DNA of 32,174 nt. Source: Octopus sinensis. Taxonomy: Eukaryota. Location: contig NW_021829603.1 of the NCBI RefSeq assembly GCF_006345805.1, forward strand, positions 1 through 32,174, written 5' to 3'. Positions within the stretch are counted from its first letter, which is position 1. Every line of letters begins with the position of its first letter. Made by a program: the position numbers and the translations under genes. A model generated the notes under the pieces. It did no database searches and was not told where the DNA came from. It saw only the letters and a list, made by a program, of their open reading frames with translations. Below are positions 1 through 12,108 of the stretch, piece by piece.

Positions 1-409
1 AGCAACTTAAAGAGATTGCAAACATAAACAAATGCACAGACACCTATGCGCACACATTATCATTCACTTCCAATATCACACATCCTTCATATCACCCATG
101 TCACTGTCACTTGTTTCCCTACTGCCATGCCCCTATCACCCCCACCTCTATCTTCATCTCTCAATCACTCTTCTTTTTACTCTACTATCTTACTGCTGTG
201 ACAAAGATTGCAGTAAATCTCTTCTCTTCACCATTCTTCCAATGAAACTAGGATGTTACTGGACCTACCTGAGTCTCTCCCCAACACTCAGCCACTCCTT
301 TTCATATATTTATTACCCTAGATCTCTCACACATCCCAAGATATATGTCAAACCCAGAGATTTGAGGGAAACTTTAGTTTCGACAAGGACATGGCGGTCG
401 TCTCTAGTG

Positions 410-573
410 ATGGTGCCATAAGATGCACCTAGTGCACATTGTGCAGTGGTTGGTGTCAGGAAGAGCATCCAGCTGTGGAAAGATAACCAGAAAATGTAAA
501 TTCAGGCAAGATATTCTTGGAACCATCCAACCCATTCTAGCATGGAAAGTGGGGGTAAAATGATGATCATCAT
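410..573 (+). mobile_element. Degenerate copy of interspersed repeat family C (same family as 26823-27071)
   Basis: Shares motifs GTGGTTGG(T/C)GT(C/T)AGGAAG(A/G)GCATCCA, CCAACCCAT..TAGCATGGAAAG and a (GAT)n-like end with 26823-27071. Confidence 0.5.
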
Positions 574-1839
574 ACATACATACAGATGTATGGATGTATA
601 AATATACATATGTGCATCCTTGTCTATATATTATACACATTCATTCATATATATGTATGCATGTGTATATAAATACATCTACAATTAGATTAAAGTCTAA
701 TTATTATGAGGGGTTTTGTAGTTTTCTTCCCCAAAATAAACCAAGTAGAATGGCACAAATGAAATGTAAACATTAATTCCAATTTAATTTTACAATAGAA
801 ATATTTGCAATTATCTGCTTTTCTCTTTATAAACTTTTTGTCAACAACAACAGCAATAACAACAATATTCTTATCCAGCTTTTCTCCAATATTTTCTAAT
901 CCACCTCATTAAACCCCCAATACTTCATAATAACTACACCAAGTTATAACTCCTCACCGCACACAAAACAAAACACGCTTCACCTGCCAAACCCCTTTTT
1001 CATACAAACACATCTTTCTCATTGCTACCCAAACATTGTCCCTTATATTAAAGATAATTAAGATGAACCTACCTTCCATTAATTGGGCTTATTCATTAAC
1101 CAATCTTTATTAATCTCAATCAGCACAAATAATAACGATCCTCTCAACATGCTGTCTATCAGTGTGATTATATGAAAGCCCATCTTTGGATAAGCTTTCC
1201 GAGTTAATCAATGTTGTGTATGATAATTGTGTGGATTATATTGAAATGTCGAGAGATTTACAGCATTTATCAGGTTAAGAACAGTTTCATCTCCAGCTTT
1301 ATTGGTATCTGTTAATCCAGGTAAATATGATGGAAACCAAGCCAACCATGACTGTCCCATCATTAGTAATACTTGTATCTGACAAATGTCTATGAAACAT
1401 AATAAATCTATGTTTTGCTAATTGTTCCATGTTAACGAAGTTTGAATATGATTGCTGTGTGTTGGGACATAATATAGCATGTACACCAATTAAAGTTAAT
1501 TTTCTCTACAGCTTAGAGTGTCTCGTATAGAGTGCTTTTAGAGCAGGGGAATCTCTTTGACTAATTATCGTTAAATAAATCTAAGCCACACATGACTTTT
1601 CTTTGTGATGTTGAGAGCAAATATCATTTCCAGTGAAAATTATTTCTATAATATTTCGACTCCATGTAATTAATGAAACTTGTCAATACATCTTAGAATA
1701 GATTGTAATAAATTGTTTAAATATTAATTAGACAAGATTAATTCACTGACAGAAATACATAAATGTTTTGTTAGTGTTTTTCAAATGATGAAGCAAACAT
1801 CATCTCCCTGAAACTTTAATATTTTCACAAAGCTAAATG

Positions 1840-1861
1840 TTTTCCTTATATTTCTTTACAG
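1840..1861 (+). other. Splice acceptor preceding the large coding exon
   Basis: Polypyrimidine tract TTTTCCTTATATTTCTTTACAG ends at 1861, 7 nt before ATG 1869. Confidence 0.6.
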
Positions 1862-1868
1862 ATTCACT

Positions 1869-4800
1869 ATGGAAGACCAGACTGAAAATACTAGTGTTAG
1901 TTCAGAGAGAGAATCAGCAGTGAAGGCCATATCTGTAGACAAAGAAAGCACAAAAGAAACTGAAAAACAAATAGTTGCTAAAATACAGAGGATTTGTCTT
2001 CAATATGATCGCTGCATGATGTTTATGGAGCATATAGTTAAGGAGAGCAAACATTATGAAAGTCTGGGGTTAAGTGCCAATTGTATTTTAGAAAAGGTCA
2101 AAGAGAGACTTGGAATTTTGCTGAAATATACTAAAGAACAGAATATTTCTATTGAGCAGGACCTCGAATGGTTTCAACAAAGACTCTTTGACATTTATGT
2201 CACCAGCAATCCATACAGATGGAAGACCATTCAGATACCAAAAATAACCAAAAATAAATTTCGGCCTCTTCAGCCTGTTGTGACTAGAGAAGCAAATATC
2301 AAGAATCTGGAGAAGAATTGAAGAAATCCCAATAATATCCAATATTGTCATCATAGAGGAGGGAGTGATGACATATTCCCACCATTGCAAGATAATAAGT
2401 TTAGTAACAAGAGACAGTGACAGAATTGATGTCCATTGTCCATCTTCTGTGACCAGTTTCACAAGAATCAGTGAAGACATGGTTCTGGCAACCCTCCCCC
2501 TTCCAAGAATGATTCTTATTATCAGCCCCAAAACCTTCAAGATCAAAAGGATAAAGTTGGGGTTACATATGGTGAGTTACTTGGAAGATTCTACACTTAT
2601 AGGTGTAGAAATGTTTGGTAAAACAGTTTACCAATTTGATTGGGAGGATAACACTATTAACTATCAATTTATTACCAAAGAAACCCCTACAGATATTGCT
2701 GTAGGGGTCCAGAATATACTTGTAATTACATTCGCCAGCATCAACAGAGTAATCTGTTACAAACTGGATGGCCAACAATTATGGGAGGTAGAGACCCATT
2801 CTCTGCACCTCCCAAGTAAAATCTCTCTCTACCAAAATTATTTCTATGTCCTCCAGGGACAAATAATTTATAGGATTTCAGCTAAAGGTGGTGTAACAAG
2901 GAGGGACATTGGCAGGAAATGCCGCTCTATTTCTGTTGGTAAAGATACCATTTTGGTTACAGATTATTGCGGCAAACCACATGGTATTCAAATGAATAAA
3001 GACTTTTGGCCCAAACTGTCATACAACCACCAGCTACATACCCCCAGTTTAAAAGACTATATTGATATTGAGGATTGCTACAACATTACAAATATTCTAC
3101 CTATGTCTACATCTTCTATATTAATAATTTACAAAAACAAGAAAGCTAAATTATTCACTGATAATGGGGAAAATTAACCAAAATAATTCAGTTTCCTTGA
3201 GCTTCCTTCTTTCTGTTGTAGAATAAACGCAAACAGATTCCTGGTATTTTATTGTGAAATGAAAGGGTTTCAGTATATCACCTGTCCTGAACTAAGAAAA
3301 GGCCCTTTAATGAAAGGTCCATACTGATTACATGAAAATATGTCATTTGTATCAAATAAGTGTCTGGCTGTGACCACCACTGAAAACAAAAGCGAGGTCC
3401 ATATCCTCTTGATCAACAAGATAAAGTTGACATTATAGAAAGAATTTCTCTGGGACATTATGATGTCAGCATTGCTGCAACTCCAATTAATTTTGTAGTC
3501 GTAGATGGAAACGAAAATAAAATGGTATTTTATTCCACATGTGGTGAAGAACTTTTTCAAAAATACCTTCCATTCTATGGCTACCCTCATCACATCTACT
3601 CTGATAATGTTTATTTCTATGTCCTCTTCAGGAGACACTCTATTCTCAGATGTTACGATCTATATGGACAAATGAAATGGCAGTGGGAACTGCCTTTCCC
3701 TGTTCACCCTCACATTGCTGTTTTCCAAGGAACTCTTTATGTCCCGGACACTCAACTCAACAGGGTTCTTCTTTACAAGTATCAAGACCGTCTTCTGGCT
3801 GTTGTTTACCCACCAAAAATCCTTATATCAGAAATCTAAATCTACGACTCAAAGAAAAGGAGAATGACCAAAAACTTGTCATTGGTGAAATATGTAATCT
3901 GTGCAATGGACAGTTGGTGGTGTCTGACATCAAGCATGATTGCTTGTTGTACATTTCTGAGGAAGGAGACATTGTGTCCAGATTATCTCTGCCATCTACA
4001 GCCACAGATATATGTCGATGGGATTCTGATCATATAGGGGTCACATTACCCCTACAGAAACAATTAAGGGTCATCGGAAACCTATCAAAGACAGTGAGAA
4101 GTGTATCATTAAGGCAGCCTTATGTACGGATGTGTAAGATGGGTGAAGGTGAAATTATTGTGATAAACCATCACATTTAGACATTTTAGCCATCAATTAT
4201 TATAATCAAATTGAAGTAATTAAGACAATTAATATCCCTGTTTTTGTAAAATCATTATCAATAGACAAGAAAACAGAAAAGCTATTAATTGTTACTAGGG
4301 GAAAAGCTTTTCAGTACAACACTAGAATAGGTGGTGGTGGTCATGGCGGTCGTCAGATGGTCCCCAGTGTTTTAATGTCTCAAGTGAAACGTCCCCTCAG
4401 TCTCCAAGGTGGATCTATTGACCAAACGTCTGTTTATCTGATAGACAGAAACCGTATGTTTGCCATAAACGATCAGAATTTGTTGGTTAATGATCTCGTT
4501 ACTAATAATCAACTTAATTATTATATCGACCTGGTGGATGTATTTTCCAGACACATTTCTCTCAGTGAAATGTTGTCTTCCATTTTATATCTTCAGGACC
4601 TGACAGTTTCTGATAAAGCCAGACATATTCCTCTTCCTGAACATTTGGGAGACAAAAACCAGCGGAGATTAATCTTTGGTTCTTACAGAAAATAATCTGA
4701 TTGCAGGATGTGACTGGGAGAATGGAAACATTAAGATATTCACATTGGATGGTCACCTATTGGATTCAATCAAAGTGAATGTTTATGGAGATATTAAAAT

Positions 4801-7142
4801 GTGTCGATGGCAGTCAAACACATTGGTCATTACGATGAGGGATGCTGAAGATGAAAAATACCAACTGTTGACATTAAAAGTGGAATTTCCATTGTCGTTG
4901 GTAATTTACCAAACGAGAAATAAATATAATTGTGTGGCTTCTTTATCAAACAATCAACTGGTTTTTAGTGAACGGAGACATGTAAGACATTTGCATTTTG
5001 TTGATATTGATGAATACATTCGAGTGTGAAGGAAATAAAAAAAATACATACCTGAACCATTAATATGGAGAACAGAAGATGGAAATTATTCTGATACAAT
5101 CCGGGATATTAAAGTTACTGATGAAGATGTCATCATTGTCTTCAACTGGAGATTCGTCATTTTCTTCAACAGTGGTGGTCAATATTTACATTCAGTCAGA
5201 CACTACATGGAGTATTATTTTAATGATGATGACAGGATGACAATTGATGACAGTTTTTTGTACATTTATGGTGAGTGGGAGAAATGTTCGTTCATCTGAA
5301 TATCCAAACATTTTGTGTTTGACCCAGAATGGGGAACAAGAGAATATTTTTAAATAAAGAATTTACAAAGGTGGAGTATATTTCTCCAGTATAGACTGTA
5401 AAGGACCAAGGTTTGTTGGAAGCCCAAATGGAGAAGAGAGAATGAATTGTATGTTGAAGGGTTGTTTATGGTGAATCGAGACAGCTTCCCGGTTGCTCGT
5501 TTACAAACAGACGAATGTCCTGTTCAAGTAAAAGATTTTGATGTCTCTGAGGAAGGAAAGACAGTGGTGTGTGAAAAAGCCAATAATGGAAATGTTAAAA
5601 TATTCGATGAAGACGGCCAGTTGCTATGTCACAGAAATGTTGCAAGTTTAGTTGGTGGGTGTGGTTTAACACAAGAATCACACATAATGGCCACGGTTCC
5701 TAAAAGGAAAGAAATATTTCAACTGAATGGAGAAGATTTGCAGACATCTCAAATTTGGTCAGTCTCATCCCTTATGGTGTAATAGGGAAAAGTGGTGGGT
5801 ATTTACTGGTGTGTACATAATGAATTGATTGAATGTCATTGCATAAAGATTGATGGGGACCAAGTGAACATTCTGGAATCTGTGTCGTTATTAAACCTTG
5901 ATTCTGGTCTTCGTTTCCCTTCCATTACATCTGAAACAATAAGGAAATTTCAGTAATGAATTAATTAATAAATTGGAATACAGAGGAGGAGATGGAGATG
6001 GAGGAGGAAGAGAAGAGGTAAATCAGGTGAAATATTGGCAAAGGTAGATTAAAGGTGAGATGTGGTAATTACATAGCGGAGATTAATAATTCAGGAATTG
6101 ATGAAATATCAGTGAGGAGACTTCCATATAGGACAGCAATGGTCCCTTTTTCCATTCCTGCATTCGGGGAACTGTTGATTATGATTTGAGGGACATTAGG
6201 GACCGGAACAGTAAACTAATTAAGTTAGATGAGAATGTGAGTGTGTTGATGTTTCGAGAAAGTGTCACATTAATCAGAACAACAACAACAACAGTGGACA
6301 TACTTCAACATAAACAACAACAACGACCACCACTGGACATATGTCGGTGGACAGAGGAATGTTCATTGTTGCCTTTGGGAGAGAAATGAGGGTCTTCAAC
6401 AGGGATCTCCGTCGTTTAAAACCATCAGAACTGAGAAATACTACAACAGGATTATAAATACAACGACAATCAACTCGTGTGTGGTGGTCATTATATTAGA
6501 GACATAACTCAAGAAGAGAGAGACGAGAAATACGAAAGAAGAAGGTACAACAACAAGGATTACTATTATTGCAAAGACCCCGACATCTTTGACCCTTATT
6601 ATGTGGATGTGGTTGATATCAAAGATGGGAAATGTAAAGATGAATTGTGTCGTGGGGAGATGAGGAGATGTGGAAGGTTGGAGGGACATGAAGGGGTGGA
6701 AGATGTGGGAGTCACATCTTTTGGTGATGTTGTTGTTTTGAGGAGGGAGGTGAAGAATAAGAAGGGGTCTGGATGGGATGTTTTGAGTTTTGTGGAATGG
6801 TTCAGGGAAAAGTCTTTGGTGAGGAGGATAGGAATAAAAGAAAGAAGGTTTTATGATCTGAGATATTATATTCTAAGACCTCGTCTGACCATAATTGGTG
6901 AATGTGTTTATATAACAGATTCAAGAAACAATATTTACGAAATACCTCGGCATATTGAAGAGGAAACATCTGAAGATGATGAAATCCTGAGATTAAAAGT
7001 TAATCCAAAATATTTACTCCTCAGAGGGGATGATAATGAAGTCTTTGAAGTTCTTGGTTTGGATGTTTCAGACAATTCTTTGATGGTTTTTGGAATTATT
7101 CCTGGACGTCAATCTTTTGCTTTCTTTTATTTTGACAAATAA
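1869..7142 (+). CDS. Large single-exon gene, ~1,750 aa: N-terminal helical/coiled-coil region plus ~6 tandem degenerate beta-propeller (NHL/TolB-like) modules; frameshifted in this sequence (assembly errors or pseudogene)
   Basis: Plus-strand ORFs 1869, 2365, 3522, 3650, 4357, 4676, 5447, 6186 and 6477 overlap or abut. They join through single-base shifts into one protein with recurring blade motifs, e.g. PSTATDICRWDSDHIGVTLP, GDIKMCRWQSNTLVIT, PPLDICRWTEE-MFIVAF, NGNIKIFTLDGHLL, NGNVKIFDEDGQLL, TPTDIAVGVQNILVIT. Acceptor upstream; stop TAA 7140-7142. The fold assignment comes from motif resemblance to molluscan TRIM-associated propellers (inference). Confidence 0.75.
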
Positions 7143-7143
7143 A
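7138..7143 (+). promoter_or_regulatory. Candidate polyadenylation signal overlapping the stop codon
   Basis: AATAAA at 7138-7143 contains the TAA stop. Confidence 0.3.
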
Positions 7144-7207
7144 TATTTCCAGAAATATTAAATTTCAATCTTCTTCTTCTTCTTCTTATTGTTGTTGTTG
7201 TTGTAAA

Positions 7208-7266
7208 TGGCTTCACCCGGGAATCGAACCTGCATCGCATACATTGCATTCTATGCACTAACACTT
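7208..7266 (-). other. tRNA-like remnant (B-box/T-arm half only)
   Basis: Minus strand reads ...GCATAGAATGCAATGTATGCGATGCAGGTTCGATTCCCGGGTGAAGCCA with a GGTTCGATTCC B-box; no matching 5' acceptor strand. Confidence 0.25.
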
Positions 7267-7399
7267 ATTGTTGTAACATTCCTCAACACACTTTCTTTGT
7301 GTGTGTGTGTATATTTATATACAGTATACGTACATGTGTTTATATATATTACACACATTTTAGGAATGTATGTATAGAAATAAGGTTATAAGTATGTAT

Positions 7400-7402
7400 G
7401 TT

Positions 7403-7463
<61 letters not shown>

Positions 7464-7645
7464 GCATAGGCATGTATGTATAGGAATGTCTGGTCCGAAA
7501 CCAGAGACTTTCATAATCATTGATTCTCCATTAAAAGGCAGACGACCACCGCCACCACCACCACCACCACCACCACCACCACCGCCGCCGTCGCCTCCAC
7601 CATCACCATCGTCATCATCCTCATCATCGTCATCGTCGTCATCAG
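7400..7645. repeat. (TG)/(TA)n microsatellite and (CAC)/(CAT) trinucleotide tract
   Basis: Directly visible: (TA)n ~7412-7461, CAC/CAT/CGT ~7545-7645. Confidence 0.9.
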
Positions 7646-7805
7646 CGTTGTGTGTGCGTGTGTGCAGTCTGCATCTGACAGTTTTTAACGTTTAATAAGA
7701 ATAGATTGTTGTTGTTGTTGTTGCAGTGACATTCCAACTGCACACACGCACAAACATTGCCTTTCGTCCTCGTAGGGTTGTTGTTGTTGTTGTTGCTGTT
7801 GGGGG

Positions 7806-8170
7806 TTCATAAAAAAAGAGAAGGACACTTTAAGAAGCATTCAGTAAAAGCTTTCCCATAGCTGGTCATTTTTCATGCTAGAAATAGAAACCACTTTATT
7901 TTTCATATAAATTTTGAAGGACAGCTAAGATTCTTTTATAAATAAAATTGGCCAGTATAAGGTCTCATTTCATGCTAGAAAGAGCCACCTAAACCTTCAC
8001 ATTTCTATTTCATCACAAATAAAAATCGAAGGACAATTTTCAAAGCATCCATGTCAAATATTGTCCTATAGATGGCCTAACATCATACTAGAAATTATAG
8101 CCAAATACTCTGAAATGTATATCGTTTTTCATCGAAAAAGTGAAGGACACTTTAAGAAGCAACTCTAAAG
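7806..8170 (+). repeat. Degenerate tandem repeat, four units of ~96-114 bp
   Basis: GAAGGACA at 7820, 7916, 8028 and 8142; CAT(G/A)CTAGAAA in the first three units. Confidence 0.6.
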
Positions 8171-8315
8171 ATATTGTCCTGTGGCGGTTTAAGTGTAAAA
8201 TATTATAAAAGTATGCATCTATGAGTTTTATGTGTTTAAAAAACATAGCAAAGACATGTGTGTATATGTAGGTATATATAAATATACATGTGTATAAATG
8301 TTCCTTGATGATGTC

Positions 8316-8925
8316 TATGCTTCTTCCCTAATAACTTGCAGAGAAATGGATATTTTTCATGGAATTTCCTACAAATATGCTTCAGATGGTGTAGATTCCG
8401 ATTCTGTGAGGATTTATTGGAAAAACTTATTTTCTTTCATAACAAAGGCGAATCTTGTGAATTTTCTAAAACTGCTTTTCTCACCCAGGGACAAACGGTT
8501 TTCACAATGAATTCCGATTTAATCGGAATCTAAACCATCTGAAGAATATTTGTAGAAAATTTCATTAAAAATATTTAATTTTGCGAAAGTTGTGAGGAAG
8601 CAATTCGGCATAACTACAGATATATACCCCACCGACTTTGTTTCCTCATAACTTGCAGAAAAATGGATACTTTTTGAATGAAACTTTCAATAAATAATCG
8701 CTTAGATCCTGTAGATTGAGTTTTTGTAAGGATTTGTTGGAAAAACATTTTTTGAAGGGTTGCGGAAAGGAGTTTTGCAAAATTCACACAACCAGACATT
8801 TTCCCTCCTCATAAATTTCAGGAAAATGGGTATTTTTGAATGAAATTTTATAGAAATAACTTTCAAACGATGTAGATTACGATTAAAAAGAAATTTGTTG
8901 GCAAAATGTTTTATAAGGGTTCGAG
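8316..8925. repeat. Degenerate ~110-165 bp repeat: one forward copy, one inverted copy, two further forward copies
   Basis: 8350-8403 matches the reverse complement of ~8521-8574 at 49/54 nt. Similar forward units lie at ~8640-8790 and ~8800-8925. Confidence 0.6.
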
Positions 8926-9745
8926 GGAAAATGTGTGTGATTTAAGGGAGATTTGGCTGTTGTTTCTAGCACACCACCATCCTTGTCTTCTTTTTTTCTC
9001 ATTCAATGTTTTGATGTTTTTCAATATTTTTCACTCAGAAACACATTTATGTTATAAAAAAATAAAAAGAATATTTTAAAAATCTCTGATTATTTTTAGC
9101 CCCACTTCCTGGTCCCCGAATCTTCCTCCAAACCTAATTCAGAAACGCGCGTCCATGGACGACCAGATATTGATTGATTTTCGTTGCTTTACTCCCTGCT
9201 TGTGTGAATTGTCTTCAAGTATTTTGGTTTCTCTGGGAGACCCTTTTTAAAGTAGAAGAAATAATTAAGATTTTTGGCTGCTATTTCTAAACTTCGGTGT
9301 GTGGTGAAGCAAATCTTTGCTGAACCCTTTTATTAGTAAATACTGTATCCTTAGATGAACATTTCCGTAATGTAACACTAAAATTTTCTAGTCTTATAAA
9401 ATATCGACTGAGAATACGACACAGTTCAACATAACAGTATATTTAAGAAGCAGGTCTTGCGACTTTTTAATGACGTAAATGTGTAAGTAAATTGTCTGTT
9501 AATTAAAATGATTGTAACAAAGATATTTACCAGAGTTGATAGACAAGGTTTCAATTACAGCCTGAAGTCTCTTTGTCTCAGGAATATCATGTGAGTTTGT
9601 TGAAGGTGCGGCAAAGAGCGTGACTTCTGCAACTGGTGATGTAAAGCTTATTCACAAAGCAGGACCTAGTTTCTACATAAGTGGACGATACATTGTCAGA
9701 TGTCCGTATGTGTGTGTGTGTGTGTAGCGGTGTTTAAATGTGTAT

Positions 9746-10176
9746 AAGGCGGCGAGCTGGCAGAAACGTTAGCACGCCAGGCGAAATGCGTAGCCGTATT
9801 TCGTTTGCCGTTGCGTTGTGAGTTCAAATTCCGCCGAGGTCGACTTTGCCTTTCATCCTTTCGGGGTCGATAAATTAAGTACCAGTTACGCACTGGGGTC
9901 GATGTAATCGACTTAATCCGTTTGTCTGTCCTTGTTTGTCCCCTCTGTGTTTAGCCCCTTGTGGGTAGTAAAGAAATAGGTATTTCGTCTGCTGTTGCGT
10001 TGTGAGTTCAAATTCCGCCGAGGTCGACTTTGCCTTTCATCCTTTCGGGGTCGATAAATTAAGTACCAGTTACGCACTGGGGTCGATGTAATCGACTTAA
10101 TCCGTTTGTCTGCCCTTGTTTGTCCCCTCTGTGTTTGTCCCCTCTGTGTTTAGCCCCTTGTGGGTAATAAAGAAAC
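9746..10176 (+). mobile_element. tRNA-derived SINE family A, head plus two body units (dimer)
   Basis: Head AAGGCGGCGAGCTGGCAGAAACGTTAG (A-box-like), GAGTTCAAATTCC (B-box), central GCCTTTCATCCTTTCGGGGTCGATAAATTAAGTACCAG, tail GTGGGTAGTAAAGAAATAG. Second unit starts at 9980. Confidence 0.9.
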
Positions 10177-10955
10177 GGATTAGACAAGGAAAGCTTGCCA
10201 GGACAGAAGGATAACTAGTGAAGTAGTGAAGGTAATTGAACTTGAATCCGGTTATAAATAACCGAGAATACTTGGGGCAGATGGAATTAAACACAACGAT
10301 AGGAAAGAAAAGACAAAGAAAGTGTACCTGCGGCGAGAGAGAAAAATATTGGCTTTTGTGTCAGAACCATAATTTCAACAATAAACTCGCACGCAGTCGC
10401 AGTAGTTCGGTATGGCGCTGGGATCCTGAAGTGGACAGAGGAGGAGTTAAACGTGTTGGACAAAAAGACGAGAAAGCGCTTAATGATGCATGGAGTCCAC
10501 CATCCATGTGCAGACACTGATTCCATATACATGAAGAGAGAAAATGGAGGAAAGGGACTGATAAGTGTGGAAGACTTGCGTGTGTATCGAACTCGATACC
10601 TATTCCAGTGTAAGGAACCCTTGCAAGTGTCCGTTAGGGATGAAGGAGTATTGAGGGCAGAGAAAAAAGGGGGAAAAACAAGGGAATAAGTACAAAAAGA
10701 ACATGAAGAAGCATTAGTCTAAAAGGGACTACATGATCAATTCCATGTAGCTACATGTTAAGTTGCTGGAAAACATGGGTGGGATTGGCTGGAGAAATTA
10801 ACTCTAAAAAAGGAACTGGGAGCGCAAGACCAAGCTTTGGCCATGAATTGGAGGTTCAGGCTTAGAATTGGGCAAATGTCTGGGCCGCATCTGTAACAGA
10901 GGGGACGAAACCATTGCCCATATTGCAAACGAATGCCTTAGACTTGCTCAAAACC

Positions 10956-11555
10956 TATTTCTTTCCTACCCACAAGGGGCTAAACACAGAGGGGACAAAT
11001 AAGGACAGACATAGGTATTAAGTCGATTACATCTACCCCAGTGCATAACTGGTACTTAATTTATCGACCCCGAAAGGATGAAAGGCAAAGTCGACCTCGG
11101 CGGAATTTGAACTCAGAACGTAACGGCAGACGAAATACCTATTTCTTTATTACCCACAAGGGGCTAAACATAGAGGGGAAAAACAAGGACAGACAAAGGG
11201 ATTAAGTCGATTATATCGACCCCAGTGCATAACTGGTACTTAATTTATCGACCCCGAAAGGATGAAAAGCAAAGTCGACCTCGGTGGAATTTGAACTCAG
11301 AACGTAACGGCAGACGAAATACCTATTTCTTTATTACCCACATGAGGCTAAACATAGAGGGGAAAAACAAGGACAGACATAGGTATTAGTCGATTAGATC
11401 GACCCCAGTGCGTAACTGGTACTTAATTTATCGACCCCGAAAGGATGAAAGGCAAAGTCGACCTCGGTGGAATTTGAACTCAGAACGTAACGGCAGACGA
11501 AATACTGCAAAGCATTTCGTCCAGCGTGCTAACGTTTCTGCCAGCTCGCCGCCTT
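10956..11555 (-). mobile_element. SINE family A trimer (head plus three ~183-bp units) with target-site duplication
   Basis: GACGAAATAC recurs at 11129, 11313 and 11496. GCCTTAGACTTGCTCAAAACC is duplicated at 10935-10955 and 11551-11571, with 5 nt overlapping the SINE head. Confidence 0.9.
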
Positions 11556-11769
11556 AGACTTGCTCAAAACCACCACATGTGACGACGCGGTGAGGTAGCG
11601 AAAGTGCTACACTGGAAACTGCGAAATGTGGGGTCTAGATACGGGGCAGACGTGGGATGAACTGAAACAGGAAAAAGTGGTGGAGCCAAACACTTTGCAA
11701 ACTCCCCTGGCATTTCCGAATCCAAATAGATCAGGTGCATAACAGACTGGATGTAGTGATGGTGGATAA

Positions 11770-11890
11770 GCTTACGGTCATATCACGTTGAAAGCACCGG
11801 TTCTCGTCCGATCACCCAAGTTAGGCAACATCGAACCTAGCTAGTACTTAGATGGGGGACTGCTTGGGAAACCTAGGTGCTGTAAGCATT
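11770..11890 (+). rRNA. 5S rRNA: Full-length 5S rRNA copy, probably a retro-pseudogene
   Basis: GCTTACGGTCATATCACGTTGAAAGCACCGGTTCTCGTCCGATCACC...TAGTACTTAGATGGGGGACTGCTTGGGAAACCTAGGTGCTGTAAGCATT; helix I GCTTACGG/CTGTAAGC pairs. Substitutions at conserved positions (G48C, A55G, G81A, C92T); no oligo-T terminator. Confidence 0.9.
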
Positions 11891-12108
11891 GAAGGCGGCG
11901 AGCTGGCAGAAACGTTAGCACGCCGGGCGAAATGCGTAGACGTATGTCGTCTGCCGTTACGTTCTGTGTTCAAATTCCGCCGAGGTCGACTTTGCCTTTC
12001 ATCCTTTCGAGGTCGATAAATTAAATACCAGTTACGCACTGGAGTCGATGTAATCGACTTAATCCCTTTGTCTGTCCTTGTTTAGCCCTTGTGGGTAATA
12101 GAGAAACA
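11891..12108 (+). mobile_element. SINE family A monomer fused directly to the 5S copy
   Basis: Full head GAAGGCGGCGAGCTGG immediately follows the 5S 3' end. TSD GATGGTGGATAAG (11758-11770 / 12109-12121) flanks 5S+SINE together. Confidence 0.9.

Noticed and set aside
32-421. 129-aa ORF at the window start
   Set aside because: Low-complexity pyrimidine-rich sequence running into a repeat; no recognisable motif.
5118-5124. CTGATGA hammerhead core heptamer
   Set aside because: Inside coding sequence (VTDED), with no stem II/GAAA or stem I pairing.
7208-7266. Functional tRNA gene downstream of the propeller gene
   Set aside because: Only the T-arm/B-box half is recognisable; no 5' acceptor strand or canonical 7-nt anticodon loop.
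9696-9893. Recurrent ORF MRNWYLIYRPRKDERQSRPRRNLN... (also 11848, 13544, 25179, 27840 and others)
   Set aside because: Antisense reading of SINE A, not a gene family.
11770-11890. Functional 5S rDNA locus (two copies 1696 bp apart mimic a tandem 5S array)
   Set aside because: The copies lie inside a TSD within a dead LINE, lack a terminator, carry control-region and helix-breaking substitutions, and are duplicated only as part of the local rearrangement.
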